From Lama guanicoe (Eukaryota), in contig MU053933.1 in assembly GCA_013239625.1 (NCBI GenBank), positions 2,751,026 through 2,815,025 on the forward strand: 64,000 nt of DNA, written 5' to 3'. Under the pieces are notes generated by a model. That model was given only the letters and a program-made list of their open reading frames with translations. It ran no database searches and was not told the DNA's origin. This document shows positions 62,108-64,000 of the stretch, piece after piece (positions within the stretch are counted from its first letter, which is position 1; every line of letters begins with the position of its first letter). Made by a program: the position numbers and the translations under genes.

Positions 62108-62545
62108 TATGGTCGGCTGAACGTTGGTCACCAGAGCCATCCGCGTCCTAATCCGCAGAGCCCACGAACGCTGCCTTACGTGGTGGAAAGGACTTTGCAG
62201 ATAGGATTAAGTCTCCTGAGCTGGAGAGAGGATGCTGGATTATCCAGGTGGGCCTCGCCTCTAGCCCAGGATCCTAGTAAAGGACAGGGGTGGCTGGAAG
62301 TTCAGGGCAGAACAAGAAGGGAGGTTGCAGGGAGAGATCAGAAGATTTCGGAGGGGCTACAAGCCGAGGAACACAGGCGACTTCCAGGCCTGGAACCAAG
62401 GATGTGGATCCTCCCCTGGGGGCTCCGGAAAGGAACATGGCCATGCTGACACCTGGGGTTAGATTTTGACCCCATACCCTCCACTGTGTTGTTTCAGGCC
62501 CCTGACCTTGTGGCCATTCGCTCCGGCAGCCCCAGGGCACTGCGC
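62108..62545 (+). mobile_element. MLT1D-like MaLR LTR
   Basis: GTCCTAATCC, CCTTACGTGG, GGACTTTGCAGATAGGATTAAG, CTGGATTATCCAGGTGGGCC, AAAGGAACA...TGCTGACACCT. Confidence 0.78.
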
Positions 62546-63201
62546 AGTGTGTGGTCAGGTCGCTGAAAGGGGTGGGGTTATGGTAACGGCAAACGCTCTC
62601 ATTTGCGAAGTGCTGCTTCACCTCAGTGTGAAACCTCTGATGTGTTCTAAGGTGTTGGGACTGCCACCCCCGTGCAGGACCCCTTGAGTATCCTTCCTGA
62701 CCCCTAAGGCCCAAGGGTCGACTCTCTGTCCTATGCACCCAGCATCCCTGGGCTGTGGGCTCTCCATGCAGAAGTTAGACGACCCCGTCCTAGGAACCTT
62801 TCAGCGGTCATAGGACCCCCGTTTTCAGGCACCCAGCATGACCTCTGCATGCCCCCGGGTGGCAGCCAGGGGCTTGGACATGCTGGGGCCTGGCTCCGGC
62901 CGGCTGCCGAGGGGCTGTCTCGGGCCCCAGTGAAGGGATGGGAAGCTTGGACAGGGGAGGAAGGCAGAGAGCAAGTGAGTGGGGGTCGAGCCATGCCAGT
63001 GGGTGGCCGGAGAGTGCCTGGACGGGCCTGCGGGTGAGGCGGCCGTGTGTTGGGGGCTCTCCTGGGACTCGTGGCCAGCCAGGCCCTCGCGGGGCAGGGA
63101 CAGGTGTCATTGTCTACAAGGTCAGACAGAGACACGCTTTGTTCTATTTTTGGAGAATGAGGCGAGTGGCACAAAAGCACATTCTTAGAAAGTACCAGCA
63201 C

Positions 63202-64000
63202 GGCCCGGTGCAGCACAGTGTGGCCCAGTGCAGCCCAGCTTGGCCTGGCGAGGCCCCGTGCAGCCTGATGCAGCCCAGTGTGGCCCAGTGAAGCCAGGTT
63301 GGCCTGGCCAGGCCCTGTGCAGCCTGATGCAGCCCAGTGTGGCCCAGTGCGGCCCGGTGCAGCCCAGCTTGGCCCGGTGCAGCCCAGCTTGGCCTGGCCA
63401 GGCCCCGTGCAGCCTGATGCAGCCCGGCGTGGCCCAGCGTGGCCCGGTGCAGCCCAGCTTGGCCTGGCCAGGCCCCGTGCAGCCTGATGCAGCCCGGCGT
63501 GGCCCAGCGTGGCCCGGTGCAGCCCAGCTTGGCCTGGCCAGGCCCCGTGCAGCCTGATGCAGCCCGGCGTGGCCCAGCGTGGCCCGGTGCAGCCCAGCTT
63601 GGCCTGGCCAGGCCCCGTGCAGCCTGATGCAGCCCGGCGTGGCCCAGCGTGGCCCGGTGCAGCCCAGCTTGGCCTGGCCAGGCCCCGTGCAGCCTGATGC
63701 AGCCCGGCGTGGCCCAGCGTGGCCCGGTGCAGCCCAGCTTGGCCTGGCCAGGCCCCGTGCAGCCTGATGCAGCCCGGCGTGGCCCAGCGTGGCCCGGTGC
63801 AGCCCAGCTTGGCCTGGCCAGGCCCCGTGCAGCCTGATGCAGCCCGGCGTGGCCCAGCGTGGCCCGGTGCAGCCCAGCTTGGCCTGGCCAGGCCCCGTGC
63901 AGCCTGATGCAGCCCGGCGTGGCCCAGCGTGGCCCGGTGCAGCCCAGCTTGGCCTGGCCAGGCCCCGTGCAGCCTGATGCAGCCCGGCGTGGCCCAGCGT
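63202..64000. repeat. GC-rich minisatellite, 70-bp unit built from seven related 10-mers; truncated by the window end
   Basis: Nine identical copies of ggcccggtgc-agcccagctt-ggcctggcca-ggccccgtgc-agcctgatgc-agcccggcgt-ggcccagcgt at 63371-64000, preceded by diverged copies at 63202-63370. Confidence 0.98.

Larger units (their letters stand above)
54285..64000 (+). other. COL18A1: COL18A1 intron 2, 5' part (continues beyond the window)
   Basis: Starts at the GTAAAG donor. No downstream collagen XVIII peptide (TSP-1 domain, frizzled domain or Gly-X-Y) is recognisable in the ORF track. The human intron is known to be tens of kb long. Confidence 0.85.

Noticed and set aside
63228-63977. Series of identical 62-aa ORFs, or a CRISPR-like array
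   Set aside because: Artefact of a 70-bp tandem unit cycling through reading frames. There are no unique spacers, no cas genes, and the DNA is eukaryotic.

Overview
This is mammalian genomic DNA, not microbial. It is almost certainly camelid (alpaca/llama/camel), judged from three tRNA-Ala-derived Vic-1-type SINEs and the absence of Bov-tA, PRE1 or Alu elements. The only protein-coding sequence I can support is the 5' end of COL18A1 (short isoform, promoter 1) on the + strand. It comprises a CpG island with a GC-box promoter, an 11-nt coding exon 1 (54080-54090), a 99-nt intron and a 95-nt exon 2 (54190-54284). Together these encode the signal peptide [35 protein letters not shown]. Bases 1-53.6 kb are GC-rich intergenic DNA full of transposon fossils (old and young L1, MLT1, ERV1 solo LTRs, MIR), with a 376-N gap and an AT-rich L1 block at about 37.7-47.8 kb. 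Bases 54.3-64 kb are intron 2, ending in a 70-bp higher-order minisatellite. The many long ORFs in the track are GC-content artefacts. I found no convincing new gene system. The best leads are: a 3n intron whose only in-frame stop is its branch point; strong, patchy AT-to-GC erosion of L1 fossils; a possible chimeric L1 insertion; several dense enhancer-like motif clusters (4-unit HSE, NRF2/AP-1, ETS-CRE, endothelial-type); and the minisatellite, whose antisense strand has no stop codons. Repeat family names come from recognition of consensus sequences, not from a database run, and repeat boundaries are approximate.
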